Shown: in pieces, positions 11,583 to 23,913 of the stretch
How the letters are laid out: each line of letters opens with the position of its first letter
How positions within the stretch are numbered: the stretch's first letter is position 1
Source: Schizosaccharomyces osmophilus
Taxonomy: Eukaryota
Assembly (NCBI RefSeq): GCF_027921745.1
Contig: NC_079239.1
Coordinates: 868,001 to 932,000 of the forward strand
Direction: 5' to 3'
Length of the DNA stretch: 64,000 nucleotides
Position numbers and translations under genes: made by a program
The notes under the pieces: generated by a model
Told to the model about the DNA's origin: nothing
What the model saw: only the letters and a program-made list of their open reading frames with translations
The model's database searches: none

Positions 11583-14500
11583 ATGTCGAGCGGTAAGTTG
11601 AAACAATCCTACGAATTCAAAGGGAATTCTAACGATACAATAGTGGAAGATGCTGAGCTGGAGAACCTACGTGCTCAGAGAGAGCAATTGAGGAAACAGC
11701 GGGAAGAATCTAAATATTCAACGCAAAAAACACCAAGTATTGCAGGTACCCTTGATTCTCATCATGTACAATATGATACTCATATATATAATACCAGCAA
11801 TGTAACCGATGAATATGAAAGAACAATTGATGTCCATAACGACGTATATGAAGAGAATGAAGCAGACTTGCCAGTCGGAGGCGACACGAGCAGACCCCTA
11901 GTGGGTCAGTACGAAGCCCCAAAGGAGCTTCTCACTGAATATGCTGATGTAAATTATGATCCTATGGCCGAGACGCAATCGAAAAAGCAAATACAGGATC
12001 GAGAATCGGATTATCAAAAGCGTCGGTTCCAAAGGAGATTAGCTCCAACTAGGAATGACGCTTTTCGTGAAGATGGTAAGATGGATGGTGGATGGTCATA
12101 TACAGATGCCATGCGGGAGGTTGAGCTAGAGAAGGAAGAAGATCGAGTATACCGTGAAATTAATCAGAGGCGACGTGAGGGAACGTTACACGAAGACGCA
12201 AGTAATAATATTCCAGAAGAAAAGAAGCGTACGGTTGAAACTGTTCCCACCGAGCCCGCTCCAAAACCTAAGAGGTCCAGATGGGATCAAGGTCCGCCCA
12301 AGGTAGCTGAACCGACCACGGCTCCCGCAAGGAGATCTCGATGGGACAAAGCTCCCACTGCTTCTCCAATATCGGATTATGTGACAGAAAACGGTGTACA
12401 GAAGCTTGAGTCTATTTCTCAGGAACAGCAAATTCCTATTCATCGTAGAATTACGGATGAAGAACTGAACTCTTTACTTCCTTCAGAAGGATATGTTATT
12501 TTAGAACCTCCAGAAGGATACGTTGAATCTGTTCACCCTGAAACGAATGAAAAGGAAACTCTAGTAGATACATATCATATTCCTGAAGAACAACGATTGC
12601 CTGAACAAAAAGAGTTGCCTGCTACCTTACCTACCGAAGTTCCCGGAGTTGGTGACTTGGCTTTCTTTAAACAAGAAGATGTAAAATATTTCGGAAAATT
12701 ACTTCAAACAAGAGACGAAGCTGATTTATCGATTGCCGAACTGCGAGAACGGAAAATCCTTAGACTTTTATTAAAAGTTAAAAATGGTACTCCTCCTATG
12801 AGGAAAAGTGCTTTACGTCAATTAACTGATCAGGCTCGTGACTTTGGCGCTGCTGCTTTGTTTAATCAAATTCTACCTCTGTTAATGGAACGTACTTTAG
12901 AAGATCAGGAACGTCATTTGTTAGTGAAAGTAATCGATCGGATTTTGTACAAACTCGACGAGTTGGTTCGTCCTTTCACACATAAAATTCTGGTAGTTAT
13001 TGAACCTCTTTTAATTGATGAAGATTATTATGCTCGTGCTGAAGGCAGAGAAATTATTAGCAATCTGGCAAAAGCTTCTGGATTGGCTCATATGATTGCC
13101 ACTATGCGACCGGATATAGACCATGTCGATGAATATGTGCGGAATACGACTGCTAGAGCCTTTTCGGTTGTTGCTTCTGCACTTGGCGTTCCTGCACTTC
13201 TCCCTTTTTTGAAAGCAGTATGCCGTAGTAAAAAATCCTGGCAAGCGAGGCATACCGGAGTTCGCATTATACAACAGATAGCTTTGTTAATGGGATGCTC
13301 TGTTTTACCACATTTAAAGAGTTTAGTTGAATGTATCGGCCATGGCTTGGAAGACGAACAACAAAAAGTTAGGACTATGACAGCCCTGGCTTTATCCGCG
13401 CTAGCTGAAGCGGCTACTCCATATGGTATTGAGGCTTTTGATTCCATTCTCAAACCATTATGGTCAGGCGTTCAACGCCATCGTGGTAAAAGTCTTGCTG
13501 CTTTCTTAAAAGCAACCGGATTTATTATTCCTTTAATGGAACCTGAATATGCTAGTCACTTTACCAAAAGAATAATGAAGATTGTCTTGAGAGAATTTAG
13601 TTCTCCCGATGAAGAGATGAAAAAAATTGTTCTGAAAGTTGTCTCTCAGTGTGCCTCCACAGACGGTGTTAGTCCAGAATATTTGAAAACAGAAGTTTTA
13701 CCAGAATTTTTCCATTGTTTCTGGTCTCGGAGAATGGCTTCTGATCGTCGTAGCTACAAACAAGTTGTTGAGACAACGTTCGTTTTAGCTGGTCAGGTCG
13801 GTGTATTACAAATTGTAGACAGAATTGTGAACAATTTCAAAGACGAATCTGAACCTTATAGAAAAATGACTGCTGAAACTGTTGGTAAGGTAATTGGCTC
13901 TCTGGGTGTATCCGAAGTTGATGAACGAATGGAAGAATTGCTACTGGACGGTGTTCTCTTTGCATTTCAAGAACAGTCTGTCGAAGAAAATGTGATCTTG
14001 AACTGTTTCAGTATTGTCGTAAACTCGTTAGGAGTACGATGTAAGCCTTACCTTCCTCAAATTGTTTCTACCATACTGTATCGTTTGAATAATAAGTCTG
14101 CAAATGTCAGAGAACAAGCTGCAGATTTAGTGTCTAGAATCGCAGTCGTGATGAGAGCTTGTGGTGAAGAAGCTTTAATGATGAAGTTGGGTGTCGTCCT
14201 ATATGAATATTTAGGTGAAGAATACCCTGAGGTTTTGGGATCAATTTTAGGGTCTTTAAAGGCTATCGTTTCCGTTGTTGGTATGTCCTCAATGCAACCT
14301 CCGATTAAAGACTTGTTGCCTCGCCTCACACCTATTCTGAGAAACAGACATGAAAAGGTTCAAGAAAATACCATTGATCTTGTCGGAAGAATTGCTGACA
14401 GGGGCTCTGAGTTCGTTTCTGCTCGCGAATGGATGCGTATTTGCTTCGAGTTGATTGATATGTTGAAAGCTCATAGGAAAAGTATTCGAAGAGCAGCTAT

Positions 14501-15182
14501 TAACACCTTTGGTTATATTTCAAAAGCTATTGGTCCGCAAGACGTTTTAGCTACATTACTAAACAACTTGAAGGTTCAAGAGCGTCAAAATCGAGTTTGT
14601 ACTACGGTAGCTATTGCAATCGTAGCTGAAACTTGTATGCCGTTTACAGTCATACCTGCACTAATGGCAGATTATCGAACCCCAGAAATGAACGTTCAGA
14701 ACGGTGTTTTGAAGTCTTTAGCTTTCATGTTTGAATATATTGGTGAACAAGCACGCGATTATGTTTATGCTATTACTCCTCTTTTAGCAAACGCGTTAAT
14801 GGATCGGGATGCTGTTCATAGACAAACGGCAGCTTCTGTGGTGAAGCATTTGTCATTAAGCTGCGTAGGTTTAGGAGTTGAAGATGCAATGGTTCATTTA
14901 CTAAATCTTCTTTGGCCAAATATTTTGGAAGAGTCTCCTCATGTCATAAATGCTGTACGAGAAGGTATTGATGGAATTCGGAATTGTGTTGGTGTAGGTG
15001 TCGTTCAGGCTTATTTAATGCAAGGACTCTTTCATCCAAGTCGGAAAGTTCGCAATACTTACTGGACCTCGTATAATTCTGCGTACGTCCAAAGTGCTGA
15101 TGCTATGGTCCCTTACTATCCACATGTTGAAGATGATCAATTCAACTCATTCGAATTTAAACCATTGCATATTTGTATTTAA
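11583..15182 (+). CDS. prp10: U2 snRNP SF3b subunit 1 (SF3B1/Sap155); probable intron 11593-11643
   Basis: RWD (ULM) motifs and highly conserved HEAT repeats ([26 protein letters not shown]). 51-nt GTAAGT...CTAAC...TAG intron within codon 4. Confidence 0.97.
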   Translation: MSSGKLKQSYEFKGNSNDTIVEDAELENLRAQREQLRKQREESKYSTQKTPSIAGTLDSHHVQYDTHIYNTSNVTDEYERTIDVHNDVYEENEADLPVGGDTSRPLVGQYEAPKELLTEYADVNYDPMAETQSKKQIQDRESDYQKRRFQRRLAPTRNDAFREDGKMDGGWSYTDAMREVELEKEEDRVYREINQRRREGTLHEDASNNIPEEKKRTVETVPTEPAPKPKRSRWDQGPPKVAEPTTAPARRSRWDKAPTASPISDYVTENGVQKLESISQEQQIPIHRRITDEELNSLLPSEGYVILEPPEGYVESVHPETNEKETLVDTYHIPEEQRLPEQKELPATLPTEVPGVGDLAFFKQEDVKYFGKLLQTRDEADLSIAELRERKILRLLLKVKNGTPPMRKSALRQLTDQARDFGAAALFNQILPLLMERTLEDQERHLLVKVIDRILYKLDELVRPFTHKILVVIEPLLIDEDYYARAEGREIISNLAKASGLAHMIATMRPDIDHVDEYVRNTTARAFSVVASALGVPALLPFLKAVCRSKKSWQARHTGVRIIQQIALLMGCSVLPHLKSLVECIGHGLEDEQQKVRTMTALALSALAEAATPYGIEAFDSILKPLWSGVQRHRGKSLAAFLKATGFIIPLMEPEYASHFTKRIMKIVLREFSSPDEEMKKIVLKVVSQCASTDGVSPEYLKTEVLPEFFHCFWSRRMASDRRSYKQVVETTFVLAGQVGVLQIVDRIVNNFKDESEPYRKMTAETVGKVIGSLGVSEVDERMEELLLDGVLFAFQEQSVEENVILNCFSIVVNSLGVRCKPYLPQIVSTILYRLNNKSANVREQAADLVSRIAVVMRACGEEALMMKLGVVLYEYLGEEYPEVLGSILGSLKAIVSVVGMSSMQPPIKDLLPRLTPILRNRHEKVQENTIDLVGRIADRGSEFVSAREWMRICFELIDMLKAHRKSIRRAAINTFGYISKAIGPQDVLATLLNNLKVQERQNRVCTTVAIAIVAETCMPFTVIPALMADYRTPEMNVQNGVLKSLAFMFEYIGEQARDYVYAITPLLANALMDRDAVHRQTAASVVKHLSLSCVGLGVEDAMVHLLNLLWPNILEESPHVINAVREGIDGIRNCVGVGVVQAYLMQGLFHPSRKVRNTYWTSYNSAYVQSADAMVPYYPHVEDDQFNSFEFKPLHICI

Positions 15183-15375
15183 CAAAAAGTGGAGTTACGA
15201 ACAAGTTATAATGTTATTAAAATTTGGATTTGAGATGGTCTGTACATATATGTATAATAAGATTTGTTATTCTTATAATTTTTAGGAAGGGAAGGAAAAC
15301 AAAAAACAATATATATTAAAATTAACATACATAATGATTCACATTAATAGCGCTAAAGAATAAATAGTAATTAGC

Positions 15376-16935
15376 TCAGTAGGAAATTCCCATTCCTAAC
15401 CAAATAATAAGAAGTAAATTCAACGCAGTAAGAAACATCCAAATTAGCCAAGTAAATATAGTCATGGGCCAACCCAAGCTTAAATCATGAACATCTCTTA
15501 TGATTTCACCAGTTTCTTCATCAACTTTCTCTGAGTAAATTGACATTACCTTTCGAGAGCACGTAAACATTACAAGAGGGAACGTTAAAATAGGCAACAA
15601 GATGGAAAGGCAAACTTGACTAGCGTTTAAAACTTTGTTTAGTCCGCTTTGACCTACAGCAGCCGCAACGACTAGACAAGGGATGATGGCTATAGATCTG
15701 GTAAGGGTTCTTCGGATCCAAGGACGTAAATTCCAGTTGATGTAGCCTTCACTAACCATTTGGCCCGCAATAGTACAAACATAACCGGCACTCATACCAG
15801 AAAATAAAAGGGCTACCGCAAAGAGCTTACCACAAGAAAGAGACACATATTTGGTAAGCAAATCGAAAATGGAAAAAAGGTCTGAGGTGTCAGCGTTGCT
15901 AGTGTTATAAAAGACAGCTCCTGCAACAATTAAAATACTGGAATTGGTAAACAAGGCAAATGTAAAGAGTGAAAGTACGACTTCAACTACTGAGTAAGTC
16001 AAAGAATGCCTTATGGTTTGGATAGAAGGCCTATAGTCGGAGCAATCTCCCGTGGCAACATAATTTCCTGATCGAACATCGAAATCCCTTAAACGGGTTT
16101 GCACAAGACCGGATCCTAGAAACAAAGAATGAGGCATAACAGTAGCTCCGAGAATTCCAATACTACTGTACAACCCTTCACGCGAGAAAACTGTAGAACT
16201 TGGAAGAAAGCCCTTAAAAACTTGACCGGCTCCACCGATATGAACACGGCCAAGAACGACAGCAAATGAAATAGCCACGACGAGTACCAGCATGGCAACG
16301 GCGGCTTCGAATATACGAACACCTAGCATGGAACCTTCAGGACGCCAAGCGATTAGCACAAGTAATACATCCAAGATAGTAATAACAACACCGGCAACAA
16401 GAGGAATTTTCATTAAAATTTTCAAAGCAACCGCGGTACCAATGACCTCTGCAATGTCCGTAGCGACAATGGCAATTTCGGCCAAGATGTAAAAGGCTAT
16501 GCAAACGTATTTATGGTACTGTTCTCGACAATTTCTTGCTAAATCGAATCCGGTTACAGAGCCCAAGCGGCAGCATAGGGACTGTAGGTAAACAGCAATT
16601 AGATTTGCTATGAAAACGATAAATAGAAGCTTATATTGAAACCGTGCACCAGCCTCCAAATCCGTAGAATAATTACCGGGATCTATATATGCAACGGCAA
16701 TTAAAAATCCGGGTCCTATGAATTTGCAGTACTCTCGAATCTCGTAGCTACATTTTTTCCAGTACTTTGAAAGTTTGGTTTGTTTTTCCGTCGAGTGCTC
16801 AAACGATCCTTCCTCGTCGGAAGGCAAATGCGTGGAACGATTATTGCTTGCAAAATCATAAGGTCTTGTAACAGTTAAAGATTCCAGCGACTTCATTTCT
16901 ATCATATATTTCGAGTCGATAGAATCAGAAGACAT
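15376..16935 (-). CDS. pdt1: NRAMP-family Mn2+/divalent metal transporter
   Basis: AYIDPGN and GATVMPHSLFLGS NRAMP signatures, multiple TM helices; ATG at 16935. Confidence 0.92.
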   Translation of the reverse strand: MSSDSIDSKYMIEMKSLESLTVTRPYDFASNNRSTHLPSDEEGSFEHSTEKQTKLSKYWKKCSYEIREYCKFIGPGFLIAVAYIDPGNYSTDLEAGARFQYKLLFIVFIANLIAVYLQSLCCRLGSVTGFDLARNCREQYHKYVCIAFYILAEIAIVATDIAEVIGTAVALKILMKIPLVAGVVITILDVLLVLIAWRPEGSMLGVRIFEAAVAMLVLVVAISFAVVLGRVHIGGAGQVFKGFLPSSTVFSREGLYSSIGILGATVMPHSLFLGSGLVQTRLRDFDVRSGNYVATGDCSDYRPSIQTIRHSLTYSVVEVVLSLFTFALFTNSSILIVAGAVFYNTSNADTSDLFSIFDLLTKYVSLSCGKLFAVALLFSGMSAGYVCTIAGQMVSEGYINWNLRPWIRRTLTRSIAIIPCLVVAAAVGQSGLNKVLNASQVCLSILLPILTFPLVMFTCSRKVMSIYSEKVDEETGEIIRDVHDLSLGWPMTIFTWLIWMFLTALNLLLIIWLGMGISY

Positions 16936-17818
16936 GTAAATTATTCGACGGGAACGGTAACAGATTAGACAACAAAGAAAATTCAAGCTATTTGCAAATC
17001 AATTAATTCTTCAGTGTCCGTTTCCTCTTGGGTCCACAAATGTCAAGCAAAGTCCGTACAAAACGTCTAGCGGTTCAAAGCAAGGTAATTAGAAAATAGT
17101 ATAAAAGAAAATAGTAGTATAAATCAAAACTAGTCAGTGTTCAGCTTTCCTTTCCGTTTTCTACAAAAGATTCCAAGGAATATTACATATGATCAAAGTA
17201 GTTAGCTAGCGAAAAAGTCCCTTCAGTCAGTCGTTGAAGTTGCAAGTACAATAATGTAAATTGTTCTTTTCTATCCCCTTGTCTACTGTCAATTTCACTT
17301 CATTGACCTTCTTATGTTTTGGTGAGCAAAGGCCAACTCATTCACTGTTTATGAGCGTCACTGGGAAAAAAAAACAACATAGAGTGACAGTGTTACTTAG
17401 TTTCCGAGCGATCGCACGGTTCAGGTAGACGGATATGAGACTAAAAGAATAAACAAGAAAAACTAAAATTATAATGAAAGATCAAATATCATTATTCTAT
17501 GGAACTGTTCTGATGGTCCTTTGGGGGCTAGCGTTCTTCAGAGTGAGCGAGTAGCACAGTATAAAAGATGGTTCGAAAGGAAGAAAAAGTCATTGAAAAG
17601 AATTCATTTATAAGTGGAAGAAAAAACTATAAAAGAATGTACATATGGGTTTATTTCAAAATAAGTTTTTATAAATTAACCTCACGAACTTTGCAGCAAG
17701 TCCAGCGTTAAAGTTAACATCAAAAGTGAAAACCATAGATTTAGAAAAATCATTTACATGCGTATGGAAAAGACGGAACTTGTGTTTTTGCGTTGCTCAG
17801 CGAGCGACCCATAAAAGC

Positions 17819-19156
17819 TTAAGGAGCCCAAATAAGATAGACGGCAGTAGCAAGAATCAAAACTAAGGCAGTAATGATTGCAATGCGCATGTACATAATA
17901 GAACTATCGAAGCTGTATGAGATTTCTACAAACTGAGATGGAGTTCCGTCAATGGCATTAGTAGCCTCGAAAGTGTAAACTTGGCGGCCTTTTGTGTCCA
18001 GGAATTTGTAAACAGTCTCCACTTTCGAGGAGTCGACTTCTATGGGCATTTTCACAGAAATGTTAGATGCGCCTTCTGGGAAAACATAGGACCAGATGGC
18101 TTTTTCGAACAATAACTCTCCAGGAACCCAAGTGAGAGGAAGTTGAATGACAGTTTGCTCATCCTCTTGGTCAGCAAAGGTGGAATAGGGCATCGACCAG
18201 GCCAATTTGTACAAATAATTCCATCCACCAAAAACGGGATAACGAGGAAGTAACTCCAACACTGTCTGTTTAGGCTCGGTACGCATATGGGAAGTGGTGA
18301 TATTACCAACTTCATCCGTGTAAGAAACATCGCTTACGTCTTTGGGTAAGTTAATGAGAAAACGGTTGATGGCTGTAGAAACGGGGTTGTAGAAGTTCTT
18401 CATGTACCATCTAGCACGATCAAAAGGATTCTTCAATTTGGCAGAGCGGTTTTCAACAATAATTCGCTCTGAAACATCAATCTTTTGGCGGTACTGGTGA
18501 AGTTCGACTTGCATCTGGAAATCGAGAGCATTGGGAAGAGGATTGGTGTGTTCAAAACGAACTTGAATTTCTTCCTCAGAATCACCAGGAACAACGAGAG
18601 AGCGAGTTTCATAGACAAGTGTATTTCCTTTGCGAACGGGAGATTCATCAAATGTCGTAAAAGACTCAATGTCGGAGGATGGAAGGACAAAGCGGGTACG
18701 CTGTTGTTCCGTAGGGTACATACTATCAAGGAATCGAGAAGTTTTGTACACCAAAAATTGAGCGTCATCTTGATCGATAGCGGCGGGAAGAGGACGGACT
18801 CCATGAACAAGGCTAGTTTGAAGACTAATGGTAAGGCTCTCACCAGGCTGGACAGGGGTTTCCAATAAAATATCAAAAGATTCATCATCCACCTTGGTGA
18901 TTTGGGCCTTCTTTTTCGAAAGTTCCTTGATTACAGCTCGTATGTCTGCAACTTTCTCATCTTCATTCAAATGTTGATGATAGCGATACACACTTTCGGG
19001 TTCATTACCTTCATTGACAATGATTAATGAATTTGTTTCCCTAACGAATGTAGATCGCAAATCAATGGATCGAATCGCATTGCTGTTCTTCCAAACTTGT
19101 TCTGCAAAGACAAAACCTACAATGAACGTCCATAAAAAGGCCTTCAAAAACCACAT
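17819..19156 (-). CDS. ost1: Oligosaccharyltransferase subunit Ost1 (ribophorin I)
   Basis: Signal peptide, YTDEVGNITTSH, PRYPVFGGW, FLDTKGR, C-terminal TM helix. Confidence 0.93.
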   Translation of the reverse strand: MWFLKAFLWTFIVGFVFAEQVWKNSNAIRSIDLRSTFVRETNSLIIVNEGNEPESVYRYHQHLNEDEKVADIRAVIKELSKKKAQITKVDDESFDILLETPVQPGESLTISLQTSLVHGVRPLPAAIDQDDAQFLVYKTSRFLDSMYPTEQQRTRFVLPSSDIESFTTFDESPVRKGNTLVYETRSLVVPGDSEEEIQVRFEHTNPLPNALDFQMQVELHQYRQKIDVSERIIVENRSAKLKNPFDRARWYMKNFYNPVSTAINRFLINLPKDVSDVSYTDEVGNITTSHMRTEPKQTVLELLPRYPVFGGWNYLYKLAWSMPYSTFADQEDEQTVIQLPLTWVPGELLFEKAIWSYVFPEGASNISVKMPIEVDSSKVETVYKFLDTKGRQVYTFEATNAIDGTPSQFVEISYSFDSSIMYMRIAIITALVLILATAVYLIWAP

Positions 19157-19842
19157 TTTGACGGGTTATTTTCCACAGAGACTTTGTAATTCGTGCTTGC
19201 AACTTGTAAGGACTCTAATAATAAAGTTAGTCATTCATTCTTCTCAGAAACTACTTCTTCTCCAAATTCTTCTTACAATCCTTTCAAAAATAACCCAAAT
19301 TTCTAGTTTTATGTAGTATGCAACTGGTAAATACTTGGAAGCTGAAGTATTCCTTTCCCATATACCGAAATATCTTGGGCCTCTATAAATGGATACTGAT
19401 ACTTTTCGTAATGCAGCATTTTAAGGAAAAAGAAAGAGTAGAAATTGAAGAATAGAGACTTGGAGGATTGGAATTGGCGGTTAGAAGCATCAAAAGGAGT
19501 GTAAACTTGGACGTATTTATTTTGGTTGCGACGTTTGGATTCTACGCATCTCATCATTCAGATCCATCCCCTTTCCAGTCATTCGCAGCATTACGAGAAG
19601 AAAAAGAAAAAAAAATAAGACTATAGCTCGTATGTATTTTACTTTTCACTCCATACTCTGATAAATTGATGGTTTTTTTTTACCAAACATACTTTCGTTT
19701 ACTAACAACCTTGAATTAAGCGAACAGAGAAACACCTTCTAGGGAATGGAGAATTTTCACCTTTCCTTTGTACTACAGTGCAAGAACTTAATATCTATAG
19801 AATTTAGGGAAATAGGTCGGATTTGGATAATTAAAAGAAAAT

Positions 19843-20883
19843 ATGAGTATGGAAAGAACTATTTACAGCGTAAAAATTGATAAAGAGCGCGTCCCTCTTT
19901 TTGACGAAGATTTTTACCAAGGATTTCGCAGCGAAATGACCGTTCAATTCACCATGGCTGCTCTGGACCCCGCAGTAAAGTCCAATGAGCCTGTTACTGT
20001 CAAGGTGATTACTCGTCTTCAGCATTCTGATGATGAGGAAGATGAAGGTGAAGAAAAGGAGGATGAAGAAGAACAATTTGTTCTTTGCACCCTCAAGAAG
20101 GGAGTCATTTATCAACAACCAATTGATCTGGTATTTTCTCCTGGTGAAGAGGTGTATTTTGAAAAGACCGGTGGTGCTACCGTCTATTTAAGCGGTTCTT
20201 GCACAGTTACCAATGTCCCTGAAGACGCTGACAGCGACATGGACGATTATGAAGATGAAGATGACGATGATTTTATCTTTAATGACGACCGTTTGAGTGA
20301 AGACGAAGATTTTGATTCAGGTGCTTCTGAGGATGAAAATGAAGACGAAGAAGGTGGTGCTCGCATTGAAGAAATAAATAGCGATGATGAGCAACCTGAA
20401 GAGAAGCAAGAATCATCTGAAAAGAAAGACAGTCAAGCTGGAAAAAAGCAAGAAAAAGCCGACTCTAAAAAGCGTCCTTCAGAAGAATCCCGCGAAACAG
20501 AAGAAAAGGAGAAAAAGCTAAAGTCAGAGAAGCCTGCAAAGACTTACGCCAAGAAAACTTTAGAAGGAAACGTAATCGTTCAGGACAAGGTGATTGGCAA
20601 TGGACCTGCCGCCAAGAAAGGAAAGCGTGTCACCGTGCGCTACATAGGTCGTTTAAAAAATGGCAAGGTATTCGATAAAAACATTAGTGGTAAACCTTTT
20701 TCTTTCAATTTGGGTTTGGAAGAAGTGATCAGAGGTTGGGACCTTGGTGTTGCCGGTATGCAAGTTGGTGGTGAACGTACTTTGAATATTCCTTCACTTA
20801 TGGCTTATGGAGCTAAACGTCTCCCTGGAATTCCTGCCAACTCAGATTTGGCTTTCGATGTGAAACTTTTGGCTGTCAATTAA
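19843..20883 (+). CDS. ani2: Nucleoplasmin-like/FKBP-type peptidyl-prolyl isomerase histone chaperone
   Basis: N-terminal nucleoplasmin-like domain, acidic tracts, C-terminal FKBP ([34 protein letters not shown]). The paralog name rests on synteny. Confidence 0.8.
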   Translation: MSMERTIYSVKIDKERVPLFDEDFYQGFRSEMTVQFTMAALDPAVKSNEPVTVKVITRLQHSDDEEDEGEEKEDEEEQFVLCTLKKGVIYQQPIDLVFSPGEEVYFEKTGGATVYLSGSCTVTNVPEDADSDMDDYEDEDDDDFIFNDDRLSEDEDFDSGASEDENEDEEGGARIEEINSDDEQPEEKQESSEKKDSQAGKKQEKADSKKRPSEESRETEEKEKKLKSEKPAKTYAKKTLEGNVIVQDKVIGNGPAAKKGKRVTVRYIGRLKNGKVFDKNISGKPFSFNLGLEEVIRGWDLGVAGMQVGGERTLNIPSLMAYGAKRLPGIPANSDLAFDVKLLAVN

Positions 20884-21214
20884 AATATAATCTGATTGGG
20901 TAAATCATGGAAAAAAGACTAATAAAAATATGGGTATTTAGGTCAATAATGTTCAATATGATTTGGTTCGTCTCTTTTAATTTCCTAAATGTATGTAGTA
21001 TTGCTAATAACCTTGGAAAATAGTAAAATCACTAAAATTCTACAATTAAAACTGACAGCTCACATTATGAACTACACTTGAACCAGGGCTCTATGAATTA
21101 CAATTTGAAACATCTATCGGCACTCATTCACGGTTCCACAAGAGTCGGATCACTGCTTTGAAGGAAACTCTCCTGTAAAACGGTCGAGTTTTTGTATAGC
21201 GATTTGTTTACTAA

Positions 21215-21224
21215 ACCCTACCCT
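21215..21224 (+). promoter_or_regulatory. HomolE-box match (ACCCTACCCT) with adjacent forkhead-like TGTTTAC
   Basis: Exact 10-mer in the intergenic region between ani2 and the aminotransferase; function inferred only. Confidence 0.35.
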
Positions 21225-22028
21225 AAAACACTAGACAATCTTGTTTAGGAAATCCCCATCCTGGGCTGTCGTCTGACTGTCGGCGAACAGTAGGCCATCG
21301 CGAGCGTTCCCCGGAGCATACGAGCAAATTCTTTGTTTTATTTACATTTTCTGAGGCGTTCAATTTTGACTAAGAATTTAATATTTCCAAGAAATAAATT
21401 GAAAAAGAATAACCAAATATCAATTTTAAAGCTGTTTGCGTTTGTCCTTTCCTCTGAAAGTGAAAGGAAGCAATCTGAGATGTATAATAGCTTTTCGTTC
21501 TTCATTCACATCGTACTGAAGCTTTTAAAATGCTGAATGATCTTTTTTTTTTTTCCTTCGTGGTTGCTGAATTCGTAAAAGTTTCCTCCAAGGAAGATTC
21601 TTCATCTGTTTCCTGACTTCATCAGACAAAAACCATGATTGTTTCAGTCTTCGCGAAACGTATCATGCATTTCCCGGCGTAGCTGCGGGAGACAAGATAA
21701 TATGTTAGTATATTGGATTTTTTCGTCTGATGAACGAAATGCTTGTCGCCGAAAGGGAGTTTCTTTATGGAAGCCGGGGTACTCTCAAGGCAAACTAGGA
21801 ACCCTACTATCCTGCCGGGGAGATGAGCGGTAAAGCATCATAACTATGACAAGCATAAATCTCTTATTTTTCTCTATATATATGCTCCTGTTCTTGTTTA
21901 GTTCCTCCAGTGATTGAAATTGCAATTCTACTTTCAAATCAGACATATTACCGAGTTCACCTTTTTCTCATTTAAGGAAGAGCTTAATTGAATTTTCCCA
22001 TCTTAAAGTATCCTTTCTTTGTACTACC

Positions 22029-23480
22029 ATGATTGACTCTACTTCTGTTTCAGTAACAGCAAACAACAAGGCTTTGAAGAGCGAATCCAGCCCGAAAGTC
22101 ACTTATTCTTCCGGAGAATCAAATTCCAATACCAATCAAGCTCTGTGGTCATTTGATGATGCCATGAAAATGGATCCCGAGACAGTCCGAAACTTGCAAC
22201 TCGCGCACCTAAACAAGCTACGAACTATCCATGGTCATGCTCGAAATTTCGTCAAGGCTGAGAATTCTCGATTTGTAGATGAGAAAGGACAGGAACATCT
22301 TGATTTGATTGGCGGTGTCGGCGTCGTTACTGTAGGAAACAACAATGAATACGTCTGGGACTGCTTACAAAAGTGCTTCAACGAAAAGCTTTACATGATG
22401 GGTGCCATTTCATACCGTAACCTTGCTGCTGCTTTTAGTCGTAATATGGCATTGCTTTCTCCTGGCCAAAAGCTCACTCGTACTTGGACAGCTACTGGCG
22501 GCGCCGAAGCAAATGAGGGTGTTATCAAGTTAGCTCGACTGGCTACTCGCTATAAAATCAACAAAAAACGATTTCTCTCTACTCTCAACTCGTTCCATGG
22601 TAAGACTACCGGTAGCGTATTTTTGGGTGGTAAAGAAAAATGGCAGAAATACCAAGGTCCTCCCCCCTTTGACGTGGATTATATTCCCTATGGAGACTTT
22701 CATGCACTCGAAGTTGCTCTGGCTTCTGGCATATATCGCGCCTTTGTCGTAGAACCCATTCAAGGCGAGGGCGGAGTCATTGTCCCACCACCTGGTTATC
22801 TTGCCAAAGCACGTGAACTTTGTACAAAATATGAAACTTACCTCGTTCTGGATGAAATTCAAACAGGATGTGGTCGTACCGGTAAGTTTTGGGCATGTGA
22901 GCATGAAAATGTTATTCCTGACTGTATTTCCTTCGCCAAAGGTTTTTCTGGAGGCTTGGTCCCTTTTGGAGGCTACATTGCCACAGAAGAGCTATGGAAT
23001 GCTGCTTACGGTACGGTTGAAACCGCATTTTTGCACACCGCTACCTACCAGGAAAACACACTTGGTCTTGCTGCCGGCGTTGCGACTATTGATTTCATTT
23101 ATCAAAACAACCTTCTCGATAGAGCGAATAAAATGGGTGCTATCATGTTTGACCGCCTCAGTAAACATCAAAGCAGATATCCCCACATTATTAAAGAAGT
23201 CCGTGGCCGAGGCATGATGATTGGTATCGAGTTCTACCCTCTTCCTGCCTCTGTGCAAGAATTATTCGGCGAGTTTTATGCCACTCCTGTTGTTGATGAT
23301 CTTGCCAATAAGCATCATGTTCAAGTATATTGTTCGTTAAACAACCCTTCTGTTTTCCGTTTTCTTCCTCCTTTAACCATTCCTGAAGAAGATTTAGATG
23401 AAGGAATGGAAGCGGTCGAAAACGCTATAACAGCCTTCGATTCCAAAGTCAAAGATGCCGTGTCCACCAAAGCTGCTTAA
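22029..23480 (+). CDS. Class-III PLP-dependent aminotransferase (PatA/ornithine aminotransferase-like)
   Basis: FHGKT, EPIQGEGG, LDEIQTGCGRTG, PLP lysine in FAKG, RGRGMMIG, RFLPPL. Confidence 0.92.
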   Translation: MIDSTSVSVTANNKALKSESSPKVTYSSGESNSNTNQALWSFDDAMKMDPETVRNLQLAHLNKLRTIHGHARNFVKAENSRFVDEKGQEHLDLIGGVGVVTVGNNNEYVWDCLQKCFNEKLYMMGAISYRNLAAAFSRNMALLSPGQKLTRTWTATGGAEANEGVIKLARLATRYKINKKRFLSTLNSFHGKTTGSVFLGGKEKWQKYQGPPPFDVDYIPYGDFHALEVALASGIYRAFVVEPIQGEGGVIVPPPGYLAKARELCTKYETYLVLDEIQTGCGRTGKFWACEHENVIPDCISFAKGFSGGLVPFGGYIATEELWNAAYGTVETAFLHTATYQENTLGLAAGVATIDFIYQNNLLDRANKMGAIMFDRLSKHQSRYPHIIKEVRGRGMMIGIEFYPLPASVQELFGEFYATPVVDDLANKHHVQVYCSLNNPSVFRFLPPLTIPEEDLDEGMEAVENAITAFDSKVKDAVSTKAA

Positions 23481-23837
23481 GAATATTAAGTTTTCTTCGC
23501 CGTATCTCGTTTACTTTTTTCACTTTTTTGATTGTGAAATTCCTATTTTGGTTTATCTTGCTGTATATTTCGTTTAGCTTCAATAATGATGATTTTATGA
23601 ACAATAACATTAGACAGTACAAAAACCAAGTATATGTACCGTATTTAAAGCCGAAATTTTATTCAATCATTTAGCTAAATAGCAAATATCTTCTATAACT
23701 ATCCATGAAGCTTTGTACATGCTTTTTCTTCAGGTTCAGAATTTCTATTGAAATATCTATTTAGTTCCATAACCGACCGATCATTTCTAGCTGTTTGGAT
23801 TGCTCTCTTTTACCCTATTTTTCTTTGCATTTGAGGC

Positions 23838-23890
23838 TTTTATTTTATTTTATTTTATTTCATTTTATTTATTTATTAATTTATTTATTT
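23838..23890. repeat. (TTTTA)n/(TTTA)n low-complexity microsatellite upstream of nuf2
   Basis: Seen directly. Confidence 0.8.
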
Positions 23891-23913
23891 GCTTTTCTGC
23901 TTGAACACCGTTC

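Noticed and set aside
11737..11797. Possible second prp10 intron
   Set aside because: Donor and branch matches are weak, candidate lengths (52 and 61 nt) would frameshift, and the ORF is open without it.
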